This document shows, in pieces, positions 17,700 through 26,708 of a stretch of 64,000 nt of DNA (its first letter is position 1; the number at the start of each line of letters is the position of its first letter). The notes under the pieces were generated by a model. The model did not search any database. It worked only from the letters and a program-made list of their open reading frames with translations, and was not told the DNA's origin. The position numbers were made by a program, and so were the translations under genes. The stretch spans positions 3,271,081 through 3,335,080 of the forward strand of contig OZ245439.1 in the NCBI GenBank assembly GCA_965226875.1. The letters run 5' to 3'. Origin of the DNA: Dehalococcoidia bacterium (GTDB taxonomy: Bacteria > Chloroflexota > Dehalococcoidia > Lucifugimonadales > UBA3495).

Positions 17700-17718
17700 T
17701 GTCGTCCCCGACCTCCAA

Positions 17719-18468
17719 TTAGAAGTACGCCGTCCCCCCATTCACGTGCAGCGTTTGCCCGGTCACAAACCCGCAATCGTCGGTGGCGAAGAACACGCAC
17801 GCCGCGGCGATGTCGTCGACGTGGCCCAAGCGAGCCAAAGGTATCTCGGACGTGTCGGCCATGTTCTGCCTGGGATACCAGGACAGGTCGCGGCTGGTGT
17901 CGATGCGGCCCGGAGAGACCACGTTGACCCGGATGTTGTGGCGCGCGAACTCCGACGCCAGCCCCCGGGCCAAGCCCACGACGCCCATCTTGGCCGCGGA
18001 GACGTGGGAGCGTTCCGCCGAGCCGTTCCAGGCGCCGTCGCCGGTGAGGAACACGATGCGCCCGAAGCCGTTGGCCTGCATCGCCGGTATGGCGTTGCGG
18101 GCGCAGTAGAACGCCCCGTCCAGCACCACGCCGCGCACTCGCTCCCAGTCGTCCAGCGTCAACTCGGTAAACGGCTTGTGCGGGCGGATGGCGGCGTTGC
18201 TGACCAGCACATCCACCTGCCCGAACCGCTCGGCGGCGGCGGCGAACATTCGCTCCACCTGCTCGCGGTCGGCCACGTCGGCCAGCGCCGCCAGCGCCTC
18301 CACTCCCAGGCCGCGGACTTCCTCGGCCACCGCCTCGGCCTCCTCTCGGTTGCAGCGCGCGTTGACCACCACGTTGGCCCCCTCTCCCGCCAGCTTCAGG
18401 GCGATGGCCCGCCCGATGTTTCGTCCCGCCCCGGTGACCAGGGCCGTCCTGCCTTCCAGTCGCGTCAT
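17719..18468 (-). CDS. SDR-family oxidoreductase
   Basis: TALVTGAGRNIGRAIA (TGxxxGxG), NAAI and a catalytic S...Y/K region SHVSAAKMGV. Start taken at M11 of the ORF. Confidence 0.9.
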   Translation of the reverse strand: MTRLEGRTALVTGAGRNIGRAIALKLAGEGANVVVNARCNREEAEAVAEEVRGLGVEALAALADVADREQVERMFAAAAERFGQVDVLVSNAAIRPHKPFTELTLDDWERVRGVVLDGAFYCARNAIPAMQANGFGRIVFLTGDGAWNGSAERSHVSAAKMGVVGLARGLASEFARHNIRVNVVSPGRIDTSRDLSWYPRQNMADTSEIPLARLGHVDDIAAACVFFATDDCGFVTGQTLHVNGGTAYF

Positions 18469-18863
18469 AACGGCAAACCTCTTCAGAATAATGTGCAATG
18501 CCGAATTGTAGCGGAAGTTCCCGGCGATGAGCCTTCAGGATAACATTCCTGCCGGGACAGCAACGAAGGGAAACTGCCTTATCAGCGCAGGCGCCCCATC
18601 GTAACCCTCTCCCGGAGAGTGGTAACAACTCAAAAAGAGCGCATTGGCCGCCAACCGGCGTCGGAGGACTCCATTGGCGCCGCCGTTTGCCGTAGTGCCG
18701 GGGATGGTAGCAGTGTGCGTGGACACGCGGAGACCGGCGATTTTGCGGCGAATACAGGCCGATGGACTGGAATCCCCACACATAAAACGAAACACAGCGC
18801 CGGACCGCACGTTTGACGCGAAAAACGCATTCAGCTTTGGCGCAATTTGCTGTCTACAGCATA

Positions 18864-18892
18864 TTGACACGCAATTGCGTAAACCATACAAT
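18864..18892 (+). promoter_or_regulatory. near-consensus sigma70-type promoter
   Basis: TTGACA (18864-18869), a 17-nt spacer, then TACAAT (18887-18892), about 60 nt upstream of the small gene at 18954. Confidence 0.45.
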
Positions 18893-18953
18893 ATTTGGAG
18901 GCCATGGCGAAAGGAGCCTAGTCATCACGCCGCACGGAAAGTGAGGTGAGGGT

Positions 18954-19181
18954 ATGCCTCCACGGAAGTCCCGGGCCAAGAAGGAAGAAACAGCCATGCC
19001 CGTTCTGACCGCCTATTGCACCAAGCTGCGCAAAAAGGTGGAAATGGACCAGATTGAACTGGTAACCATGAAGAACGGTCGGCCCGCGGCCAAGGGCGTG
19101 GCCAAGGAAGATCCCAGTTTGTCGGTTTTCCGCATACTCAGCAAGGCGGAAGCCGAAGAATTGGCCAAGGCCCTGTCTTAG
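18954..19181 (+). CDS. small DUF5679-like protein with degenerate zinc ribbon
   Basis: AYCTKLRKKVEMDQIELVTMKNGRPAAKGVAKEDPSLSVFRIL resembles the C-x2-C...KNGR.A.KG.C..CG..FRI family, but only one Cys remains. GAGGTGAGGG lies upstream. Alternative start M15 (18996). Confidence 0.45.
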   Translation: MPPRKSRAKKEETAMPVLTAYCTKLRKKVEMDQIELVTMKNGRPAAKGVAKEDPSLSVFRILSKAEAEELAKALS

Positions 19182-19320
19182 CCCTCGCATTGGCCACTCA
19201 ATTACCAGGACACCGGACGGACGGGGGATAAATCTCCGCGTCCTTGGGTGCCCGGTGAAAAGCACCCGGCAGCAGTTATTTCCTGACCACTATGGTCGGG
19301 TAATTGCTTTTGACCATACG

Positions 19321-19360
19321 GCACTAAATTGGCCGGAAAGGCACTAGATTGGCTGGAAAT
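19321..19360 (+). repeat. imperfect 20-bp tandem repeat
   Basis: GCACTAAATTGGCCGGAAAG followed by GCACTAGATTGGCTGGAAAT. A related AATTTGGCCGGAAT occurs at 19846-19859. Confidence 0.7.
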
Positions 19361-20078
19361 CTGAATAAACCTTGACCGACGGCCGGAAGTCCCTCCCCTC
19401 CGGTCGTTATATTTCCGTTATAGTTCTCTGCTACCTTATTGTCCTGGTGGCCTTGAGGCGTACCGGGGGAATGGCAAAATCCCTTGAGAATCGTCCCCCT
19501 CTCCCTCCGCTCAAGGCCTTGCCGGCCCACCCGCGATTCCTGGCCGCGCTCGGAACGTCAGGCGATCACAGTTGCTTTGCAATCGTTTTGGAGGCATACC
19601 GCAGGAATCTTGCCCGGTTTTTGAGAACAGGCGCCTTCATTCAGAAGAGTGGCAGAAGAGTGGGTTTCCCGGCAGGAAATCGTTAAATCGTTGCGGAACA
19701 AAGGACGCCTCCCAATCTACCGGTCGCCTTGCCAAGGGGGTCGCAGACACCTTTGGGGCGCCGGAATCTGGCTTGACCTAGACAGGGAGTCTGTGATTGA
19801 ATACCGCCCGCACAACTACCCGGCATCTCTTCGGGGTGGCGTAAGAATTTGGCCGGAATTCAAACCCGGTCTGAAATGCGGGCGAATTTACAGACATAAA
19901 CTGTTGAATTACCGGACAGGTGTTAGGTATGATGTTGCGGACATTCTACGGGGTTGTCTACGCCTCCCAGTTCGAACATCCCGATAGGAACGGGAACAAG
20001 CGCTGAGTCCGAATGGACCAAGGCTGGAAGGGAGGGTACCGGCTTTATGGAGACTACATCTTTTTTGGAGCCACTTCA

Positions 20079-22064
20079 ATGAGCTTGATTCAACGTAATG
20101 CTGTCCCCTTGTTCATCCTGATTGCGGTAATTGCCGTGGGAGTCGGGGTGCTTATGGTCAACAGCCCCTTCGCCGCCGGCCAGGAGCCGCCCCAGTGCGA
20201 CACCTCCGCCGTTGGCATATCCATCATCACCACCGACGACTCCGGCAGCTCGGTGACCGTGGTCTCCCACGGCGACAACATCGGCTACACGGTCAACCTG
20301 TCCATCCCGGAACTGCCCGAAGGGGAGACCGCTTGTAACTACGGCAGCGGCATCCTGACACTTACTTTGCCCAGCGGCGAGCAGGTTGCCGTGGCCGGCA
20401 CTGATGATACCGAAATCATTCCCACCGTCCAGGTCGGCTCGGTCTACACGGCCCCCCGGATCGCGTACACTGTCAACCAGAACGACGGCGTCCAGAACGC
20501 GTCCGGCAACGTGGAACTGACCGCCCGGGTCGACTATTCCGGCGGCACCACCTTCAGCGCAGTGGAAGGCGAGGAGGCCGCAGCGTCCCAGTCCAAACGG
20601 GCTCGCATGACTCCGCCCTCGATCGTGATAGAGGTGACGCCCGCCGGGAATCCCGGCGCCGACACCCAGACGGTTTACCAAGGCCAAGAGGCGCTCTTCG
20701 AAATCACCGTAACCAATACCGGCGGTTTCGAGTTGTCCGACATCACTGTTACCGACGCGCTGGCTCCGGACTGCGACCGGGCTGCCGGCACTCTCGACAC
20801 TCTGCCCGTCGGCGCGTCAGCGGCGCCCTATGTCTGCGGCGTGACGCCGGATACGTTCTTGACCAACGAAGCGATAGTGACCGCCAAGGCGACGGCCAAG
20901 GACTCTAGCGGCGCGCCCGTGGAAATAGAGGCCACGAATTCCGACACCTCCGAAGTCGTTTTCGGCGAAGTGGCCGTCGGCATTACCATCGATCCCCCAG
21001 TGCAGGTTATCCGCACCGGGACCGAGGCCACCTTCGACATCACCGTCACCACCCCGTCGGTCACGGCCTTGGACGACGTCACCGTCACCGTTGTAAGAGT
21101 AGACGGGGACGACGGCAGCTTTGACCTCAGCGAGTGCAGCAGCGCATTTGGCACGGTGGCCGCGGACGCGGAGGTGTCTCCTTACTCCTGTAGTGCCATC
21201 CTGCCCTTGGGGAGGAGCATGGTTACGGCCACTGTCGTCGGCACATTGCCGGGAACCACAGAACCTCTGCCCGCAGCGACCGCTTCCGCTGAGGTCCAGG
21301 TCATCGCCCCAGGGTTGGCCATCGTAGCCACCTCGGGAGCGGATACGATCCGGGGGTTGCCGACGGTTCGCAAAGGTCAAGCGGCGGCCCTTGCCATTTC
21401 CGTGTACAACAACGGCGACTCAACGCTGTCCGACGTGTCGGTGGTTAACAGTGTTGGGTACCCCGAGGCGCAAAACTGCGACCTCAGCCTGATTAGCTTG
21501 GGGCAGCTCAATGCGGGCGAATCCCTGACCGTTAACTGCTCCACCGGCAATCTCGACGCAATAACGAACTTCGCCTTCAACGTCACCGCCAACGCCAGAG
21601 ACGGCAGTGAAGAGAGGGCCGAATCCGATCCGGTCACCATCAACATCCTGGACTCCAGCACCGCTGTCGGCCTCAGCGAGCATAACACCGTGGTGCTGCG
21701 GCTGGTGGTGCAAACCCTGACCGTAACCGAAACCAACGATGGCGACTCCCTGCTGAGAGATGTCCAGGTGGAGCTCCAGTCCAACGGCGTCGTGCCGCTG
21801 TCCCGCGAACCTCTGACCCGCGACTCCATGGAATACGTCGGCGGCGACTTAAACGACGACGCCATACTTGACCCAGGGGAGACTTGGGAGTGGCGGGTGG
21901 TAACCGTGTCGGTGGCCGGTGATGTCGTGCTGCTGTCCGGAGACGCCCTGAATCTGGAACTGACTGCCATCGGATACGGCGTCGATGAGTTGGACGGCGT
22001 GGTAACTCACCCCGGCGACGTGGAAGAGCTTAGCACCATAGAAGTCCCGATAGTTACCCAGTAG
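20079..22064 (+). CDS. secreted/surface protein with DUF11-type (conserved repeat domain) beta-sandwich repeats
   Basis: N-terminal signal/anchor LFILIAVIAVGVGVLMV. Repeated ...FEITVTNTGGFELSDITVTD..., ...ISVYNNGDSTLSDVSVVN... and ...LTVTETNDGDSLLRDVQVEL.... Start at ATG 20079 (GGAG 10 nt upstream). Confidence 0.7.
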   Translation: MSLIQRNAVPLFILIAVIAVGVGVLMVNSPFAAGQEPPQCDTSAVGISIITTDDSGSSVTVVSHGDNIGYTVNLSIPELPEGETACNYGSGILTLTLPSGEQVAVAGTDDTEIIPTVQVGSVYTAPRIAYTVNQNDGVQNASGNVELTARVDYSGGTTFSAVEGEEAAASQSKRARMTPPSIVIEVTPAGNPGADTQTVYQGQEALFEITVTNTGGFELSDITVTDALAPDCDRAAGTLDTLPVGASAAPYVCGVTPDTFLTNEAIVTAKATAKDSSGAPVEIEATNSDTSEVVFGEVAVGITIDPPVQVIRTGTEATFDITVTTPSVTALDDVTVTVVRVDGDDGSFDLSECSSAFGTVAADAEVSPYSCSAILPLGRSMVTATVVGTLPGTTEPLPAATASAEVQVIAPGLAIVATSGADTIRGLPTVRKGQAAALAISVYNNGDSTLSDVSVVNSVGYPEAQNCDLSLISLGQLNAGESLTVNCSTGNLDAITNFAFNVTANARDGSEERAESDPVTINILDSSTAVGLSEHNTVVLRLVVQTLTVTETNDGDSLLRDVQVELQSNGVVPLSREPLTRDSMEYVGGDLNDDAILDPGETWEWRVVTVSVAGDVVLLSGDALNLELTAIGYGVDELDGVVTHPGDVEELSTIEVPIVTQ

Positions 22065-22121
22065 CCCAGCCAACGCGCTCCACCGCCACCCGGCGGATGC
22101 GAGAACGAAAGGACGCCCAGA

Positions 22122-22159
22122 GATGGCCGGAGGTTTGAACCCCCGGCCATCGACTTTTT
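22122..22159 (+). terminator. rho-independent terminator
   Basis: GATGGCCGGAGG-TTTGAA-CCCCCGGCCATC stem-loop followed by GACTTTTT. Confidence 0.6.
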
Positions 22160-22296
22160 CCGCCCCGGTCATCCGCGCTAAGCCGCGGCCCGTTCATTGA
22201 AAGACCTTGGGCGCAACCTTGCCGCTGGCAGGGCCGGTGGCTTGCTGGTATCATTTGGCGGCATCATTACCTTTGCCCGTGGGGGCGGGAGGCGCC

Positions 22297-23202
22297 ATGT
22301 CTCAGAACGAACCCATCGTTTTCCTCAACGGCGAGTTGGTCCCGGAATCTCAGGCGGGCATTCCCATCCGCGACCGGGGGTTTATCTACGGCGACGCGGT
22401 TTTTGACGCCGCCCGTACCTTCAACGGCGTCCCCTTCAAGCTGGCCGAGCACGTCAAGCGGCTGTACGACTCCCTGCGCTACGTCCGCATCGACCCCGGC
22501 ATAGGCATGGACGAAATGGAAGATTGGTCGCGCCACGTGGTCGAACACAACTATCCGCTGCTGCCGCCCGGTCAGGATATGTGGGTGATGCAGCGGGTGA
22601 CCCGCGGCGTCGAGGGCGGGTCCGACGAAGGGACGCCGACGGTGCTTATCGAAACCCACGCCATCCCCTTCGCAGCCAGAGCGCCTCTGTACCGCGACGG
22701 GGCGCGGGTCACCACGCCCTCGGTGCCCCGTGTGCCGCCCCGCTTCATGAGTCCGCGGGCCAAGACGCACAACTACCTGAACCTGGTGCTGGGCGACCTC
22801 GAAGCCCAAGGAACCGACCCCGGCTCGTGGGCGGTGCTGCTGGACGAGGCCGGCAACCTGACCGAGGGGCGCGGCTCCAACATCTTCCTGGTCAAGGACG
22901 GAGTTGTCGCCACTCCCAAGGGACAGTACGTGCTGGAGGGCATCACCCGCGGCACCGTGCTGGACCTGTCGCAAGGGCTGGGACTGGAAACCGGAGAGCG
23001 CGATCTCGATCTCTTCGACGCTTATACCGCCGACGAGGCGTTTCTGACCTCCACCAGCTTGTGCATCTGCCCCATTTCCGCCATCAACGGCGCGGCCGTC
23101 GGCGACGGCCGGCCCCCCGGCCCGGTCTCGCGGCGGCTGATGCAGGCCTTCAGCGACCTGGCAGGCATGGACTTCGAGGAGCAATACCTAGCCCACCTCT
23201 AA
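22297..23202 (+). CDS. class IV aminotransferase (branched-chain / D-amino-acid aminotransferase family)
   Basis: ATG 22297 (GGAGG upstream). Contains FLNGELVPESQAGIPIRDRGFIYGDAVFD, ...KTHNYLNLVL... and ...EGRGSNIFLVKDG.... Confidence 0.85.
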   Translation: MSQNEPIVFLNGELVPESQAGIPIRDRGFIYGDAVFDAARTFNGVPFKLAEHVKRLYDSLRYVRIDPGIGMDEMEDWSRHVVEHNYPLLPPGQDMWVMQRVTRGVEGGSDEGTPTVLIETHAIPFAARAPLYRDGARVTTPSVPRVPPRFMSPRAKTHNYLNLVLGDLEAQGTDPGSWAVLLDEAGNLTEGRGSNIFLVKDGVVATPKGQYVLEGITRGTVLDLSQGLGLETGERDLDLFDAYTADEAFLTSTSLCICPISAINGAAVGDGRPPGPVSRRLMQAFSDLAGMDFEEQYLAHL

Positions 23203-23223
23203 AGTCCCCTCTCCAGATACACC

Positions 23224-23316
23224 GTCATTCCCGCGAAAGCGGGAATCCAAAGGCCCCGGCAGATACCAGCGTTCCTGTGGCGAGTATGTATGGATTCCCG
23301 CTTTCGCGGGAATGAC
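23224..23316. repeat. inverted pair of GTCATTCCCGCGAAAGCGGGAATCC palindromic units
   Basis: The unit at 23224-23248 and its exact reverse complement at 23292-23316 are 43 bp apart. A partial third copy CGCGGGAATGACCCGC is at 23321-23336. Related copies occur at 55047-55070 and inside the MITE-like element (5726-5740). Confidence 0.85.
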
Positions 23317-23384
23317 AGGGGCGCGGGAATGACCCGCATTAACACACGTTGAGAATATCTAATCCACATCGAACGGAGGTTGTC

Positions 23385-24290
23385 ATGGCGGACTTGCTAC
23401 CGGGAATCGTGGAATCTGGCGCGGAAGCGCAGCAGCTTGCCACCGGCTTCGGGTTTACCGAGGGGCCGCTGTGGCACCCCGACGGCTACTGGCTGTTCGT
23501 GGACATTCGCGCCTCGCTGGTGCACCGGATGACACCGGACGGACAGACCGAGATCTTCCGCGATAACAGCGGCGGCTCCAACGGGTTGACCTTCGATCTG
23601 GCCGGCAACCTGATTCTGTGCGAGGGCGACAACCGGCAGCTTGCGCGGCGCAACTCCGACGGCTCCTATACCGCCATCGCAACTCATATCGGCGGACAGC
23701 GCATCAACCGCCCCAACGACGTCGCAGGCCGCTCCGACGGGTCGCTGTACTTCACCGACCCCAGCGGACGCCTGACCGCCGAGGAGCGGGAGTTGGACTT
23801 CAGCGGTGTTCACCGGGTGTCCCTCACCGGCTCGCATACCATCGCCACTCGCGACACGGAATATCCCAACGGCATCGCTTTTTCGCCCGATGAAAGTGTG
23901 CTGTACGTGGCCATAACCAGGCTGGACGACAGTTGCATTGGCGAAAAGGAACGCGGCGAGGTGTGCGAGCATCAGTTCATACGCACCTTCGACGTGGCCG
24001 CCGATGGCTCGCTGAGCAACAACCGCATCTTCGCCAATATGCACTCCGCAGAGGACGGCGTTCCCGACGGCATGAAGGTGGACGTGGAAGGCCGCGTCTA
24101 CTGCACCGGCTCCGGCGGCTGCTGGGTGTTCGACGCCGACGGCAACCACCTGGGCGTCATCGTCCTGCCCGAGGTCCCGGCCAACTGCGCCTGGGGCGGC
24201 AGCGACAACCGCACCATGCTCTTCACCGCCCGCACCTCGGTCTACTCCCTGCGTATGACCACCCCCGGCACGGCAATTCCCCAGGGGTAG
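23385..24290 (+). CDS. SMP-30/gluconolactonase/LRE-family protein
   Basis: GFGFTEGPLWHPDGYWLFVDI, SNGLTFD, RPNDVAGRSDGSLYFTDP and PDGMKVD; ATG 23385 with GGAGG upstream. Confidence 0.85.
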   Translation: MADLLPGIVESGAEAQQLATGFGFTEGPLWHPDGYWLFVDIRASLVHRMTPDGQTEIFRDNSGGSNGLTFDLAGNLILCEGDNRQLARRNSDGSYTAIATHIGGQRINRPNDVAGRSDGSLYFTDPSGRLTAEERELDFSGVHRVSLTGSHTIATRDTEYPNGIAFSPDESVLYVAITRLDDSCIGEKERGEVCEHQFIRTFDVAADGSLSNNRIFANMHSAEDGVPDGMKVDVEGRVYCTGSGGCWVFDADGNHLGVIVLPEVPANCAWGGSDNRTMLFTARTSVYSLRMTTPGTAIPQG

Positions 24291-24316
24291 AAATCCCGCC
24301 CAAGAGTTGGCAATTC

Positions 24317-24350
24317 GGCGTAGGGGCGCACGGCTGTGCGCCCCTACGCC
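24317..24350. terminator. perfect 15-bp-stem GC hairpin (REP-like or terminator, no U-tract)
   Basis: GGCGTAGGGGCGCAC-GGCT-GTGCGCCCCTACGCC lies just after the gluconolactonase-like gene. Its core AGGGGCGCA is shared with the terminator at 49099. Confidence 0.4.
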
Positions 24351-24399
24351 GATGAAAGGCCCGAAGGCACGGAAGCACCAGAAAGAACTGGGATATGTG

Positions 24400-25533
24400 A
24401 TGAACGAATACGACGCCATAGTCATCGGAGTGGGCGGCATGGGCAGTGCGACGCTGTATCATCTGGCGCAGCGAGGCTGGCGCGCGTTGGGGCTGGAGCA
24501 GTTCGACGTGCCACACGAAATGGGGTCGTCCCATGGCTACTCCCGGATGATTCGCTACACCCTCCAGGAGCATCCCTCCTATGTGCCGCTGGTACGCCGC
24601 GCCTATGAACTCTGGCACCAACTGGAGAACGCATCCAGGGAGCGGCTGCTGGTGACCACCGGCTCCATCCGCGCCGGTTATGCCGAGAGCGAGTACTTCC
24701 AGGGGGCGGTGGCGGCCTGCGAGGAGCATCATATCCCCTACGAAGTGCTGACCGGCCCCGAGACCGGGCGCCGGTTCCCCGGCTACCGCTTCGACCACGA
24801 CATCGCCGCCGTATACCAGGCCGATGGGGGATTCCTGTTGCCGGAGCGTTGCATCATCAACCACGTCAACGCCGCGCTGGAGGCCGGGGCCGAGGTCCAC
24901 GGGCGGGAGCGGGTGCTGGACTGGGAGCCGTCGGGCGAGGGGGTGGTCGTCCGCACGGCGCGGGACAGCTACCGGGCGGCCCGGCTGGTGGTATCGGCCG
25001 GCCCCTGGGCCGCCAAGGTGGTCCCGGCGCTGGCACGGTACGCCGTCGCCGAGCGGCAGGTGCTGGGCTGGTTCCAGCCGGAAAGGCCGGAGCTCTTCCG
25101 CCCCGACACCTTCCCCGTGTTCGGACTCTACGCCGAGGAGGGGCGCTTTTACGGCTTTCCGGTCTATGGCGTGCCGGGCTTCAAAGTGGGCCGCTCCCAC
25201 CATTTACACCAGACAGCAGACCCCGACCAACTGGACCGCGACGTCTACCCGGAGGATGAAGCGGTGCTGCGGAGCTTCGTGGAGCGTTACTTCCCGGCGG
25301 CGGCCGGGCCGGCCCTGTCGCTCAAGACCTGTATGTTCACCAATTCGCCGGACGGTCATTTCATCATAGACCTGCATCCCCAATACCCGCAGGTGTCGCT
25401 GGCCTCCGGCTTCTCCGGGCACGGCTTCAAGTTCGCCAGCGTCATCGGAGAGATCATGGCCGACCTTGCGATGTTCGGCGAGACCACCCACGACCTCGCC
25501 CTGTTCCGCCTAAGCCGTTTTGCCGACGACTAA
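24400..25533 (+). CDS. FAD-dependent amine oxidase, monomeric sarcosine oxidase / N-methyltryptophan oxidase-like
   Basis: YDAIVIGVGGMGSATLYHLAQRG (GxGxxG), ...GFSGHGFKFASVIGE... and a covalent-FAD-region-like TNSPDGHF. Confidence 0.8.
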   Translation: MNEYDAIVIGVGGMGSATLYHLAQRGWRALGLEQFDVPHEMGSSHGYSRMIRYTLQEHPSYVPLVRRAYELWHQLENASRERLLVTTGSIRAGYAESEYFQGAVAACEEHHIPYEVLTGPETGRRFPGYRFDHDIAAVYQADGGFLLPERCIINHVNAALEAGAEVHGRERVLDWEPSGEGVVVRTARDSYRAARLVVSAGPWAAKVVPALARYAVAERQVLGWFQPERPELFRPDTFPVFGLYAEEGRFYGFPVYGVPGFKVGRSHHLHQTADPDQLDRDVYPEDEAVLRSFVERYFPAAAGPALSLKTCMFTNSPDGHFIIDLHPQYPQVSLASGFSGHGFKFASVIGEIMADLAMFGETTHDLALFRLSRFADD

Positions 25534-25847
25534 AGCAGTGCTTGGTATAATCGGCGTTGACGTAAATTATTGGCGAGGCGCACTATATGACCAATCCCGG
25601 CCTGGACGCAGACACGGAGCAGAGCGCTGAGCAGGAACCGGAAGGAATACGCCTGCTCAGAGAAGCATGGCAGAACCTGGAGGCAATGCCCCCGGTGTAG
25701 AACGGATGTAGAACGGGAGGCGCGCGGAGGCCGAGGGCAGCCTGACTATCGTTCGCATCCGGGAGCGGTGAGCCGGGGCGGAACCGCCTCAACAATTCTC
25801 CCCTATGTTAGACTAGAAGCAATTCTCCAGGGAAGCACGGGAGCACG

Positions 25848-26708
25848 ATGGACTTTCTTGCCGTTGATCACCAGCCCGACCGCAAGCTGACTACACTGGT
25901 AATAGCCTTCAGCGGCTGGGCCGACGCCGCCGAAGGCGCGACCGGCGCAGTGAAGTTCCTCAAACGGAAGTTCAAGGCACAAAAATTCGCCGAGTTCGAC
26001 CCCGAAGAGTTCTACGACTTCACCCAGACTCGGCCCACGACGACGCGCACCCGCGACGGAAAGCGCCACATCCATTGGCCGGCCAACGAGTTCTTTCACC
26101 TGGATAACCCCGATACCGGCGACGGCGTCATGGTCTTCACCGGGGTGGAGCCGAACCTGCGCTGGCGCTCCTACTCCCAAGGCGTCGCCCGGCTCGCCGC
26201 CGAGCAGGGTGTGGAGACCGTCATTCATGTCGGCGCGCTGCTGGACGCCGTGCCCCATACCCGGCCGGTCAAGCTCAGCGGCACAGCCACGCGGCCCGAC
26301 CTGTCGGAGTTCCTGGAAGGGCGGGAGATCCGCTCCTCCAACTACCAGGGACCCACGGGCATCAGCTCGTCGGTCATGGACGCCTGCGTCAAGCAAGGCC
26401 TGGGCTACTCGTCCATCTGGGGCCACACGCCCCACTACCTGCAGGCCGCGCCCAACTATCGAGTTGCCTATTCTCTCATCCAGACACTGACCCGCCTGCT
26501 GCGCCTGCCGATGGACCTTGAGGAGCTCCGGGGCGCCGCGGCCAAGTTCGACGAAGAAGTGGCCCGCGCCGTGCAGGACGACGACCAGATCGGCTCCTAC
26601 GTTGCCAAGCTGGAGGGGCAGTACGACGAGAGCTTGGCCGACAACTCGATCCTCGACCCCGAGGACCTGGTGCGCGACGTGGAGCGGTTTCTGCGAGGCG
26701 AGCGCTGA
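25848..26708 (+). CDS. PAC2-family (proteasome assembly chaperone-like) protein
   Basis: LVIAFSGWADAAEGATGAVKFL...FTGVEPNLRW...GPTGISSSV pattern. The call was made by eye. Confidence 0.65.
   Translation: MDFLAVDHQPDRKLTTLVIAFSGWADAAEGATGAVKFLKRKFKAQKFAEFDPEEFYDFTQTRPTTTRTRDGKRHIHWPANEFFHLDNPDTGDGVMVFTGVEPNLRWRSYSQGVARLAAEQGVETVIHVGALLDAVPHTRPVKLSGTATRPDLSEFLEGREIRSSNYQGPTGISSSVMDACVKQGLGYSSIWGHTPHYLQAAPNYRVAYSLIQTLTRLLRLPMDLEELRGAAAKFDEEVARAVQDDDQIGSYVAKLEGQYDESLADNSILDPEDLVRDVERFLRGER

Noticed and set aside
19372-19987. ORFs 19372-19686, 19572-19781 and 19649-19987 in the long non-coding stretch.
   Set aside because: They overlap one another in different frames, have no SD sequences and have implausible Arg/Gly/Cys-rich composition. 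They are treated as non-coding, and the region itself is reported as a finding.
25587-25700. A 37-codon ORF (MTNPGLDADTEQSAEQEPEGIRLLREAWQNLEAMPPV) upstream of the PAC2-family gene, considered as a Pup-like tag.
   Set aside because: It has no C-terminal GGQ/GGE, no SD sequence, and no ligase or proteasome genes nearby. It is probably non-coding.
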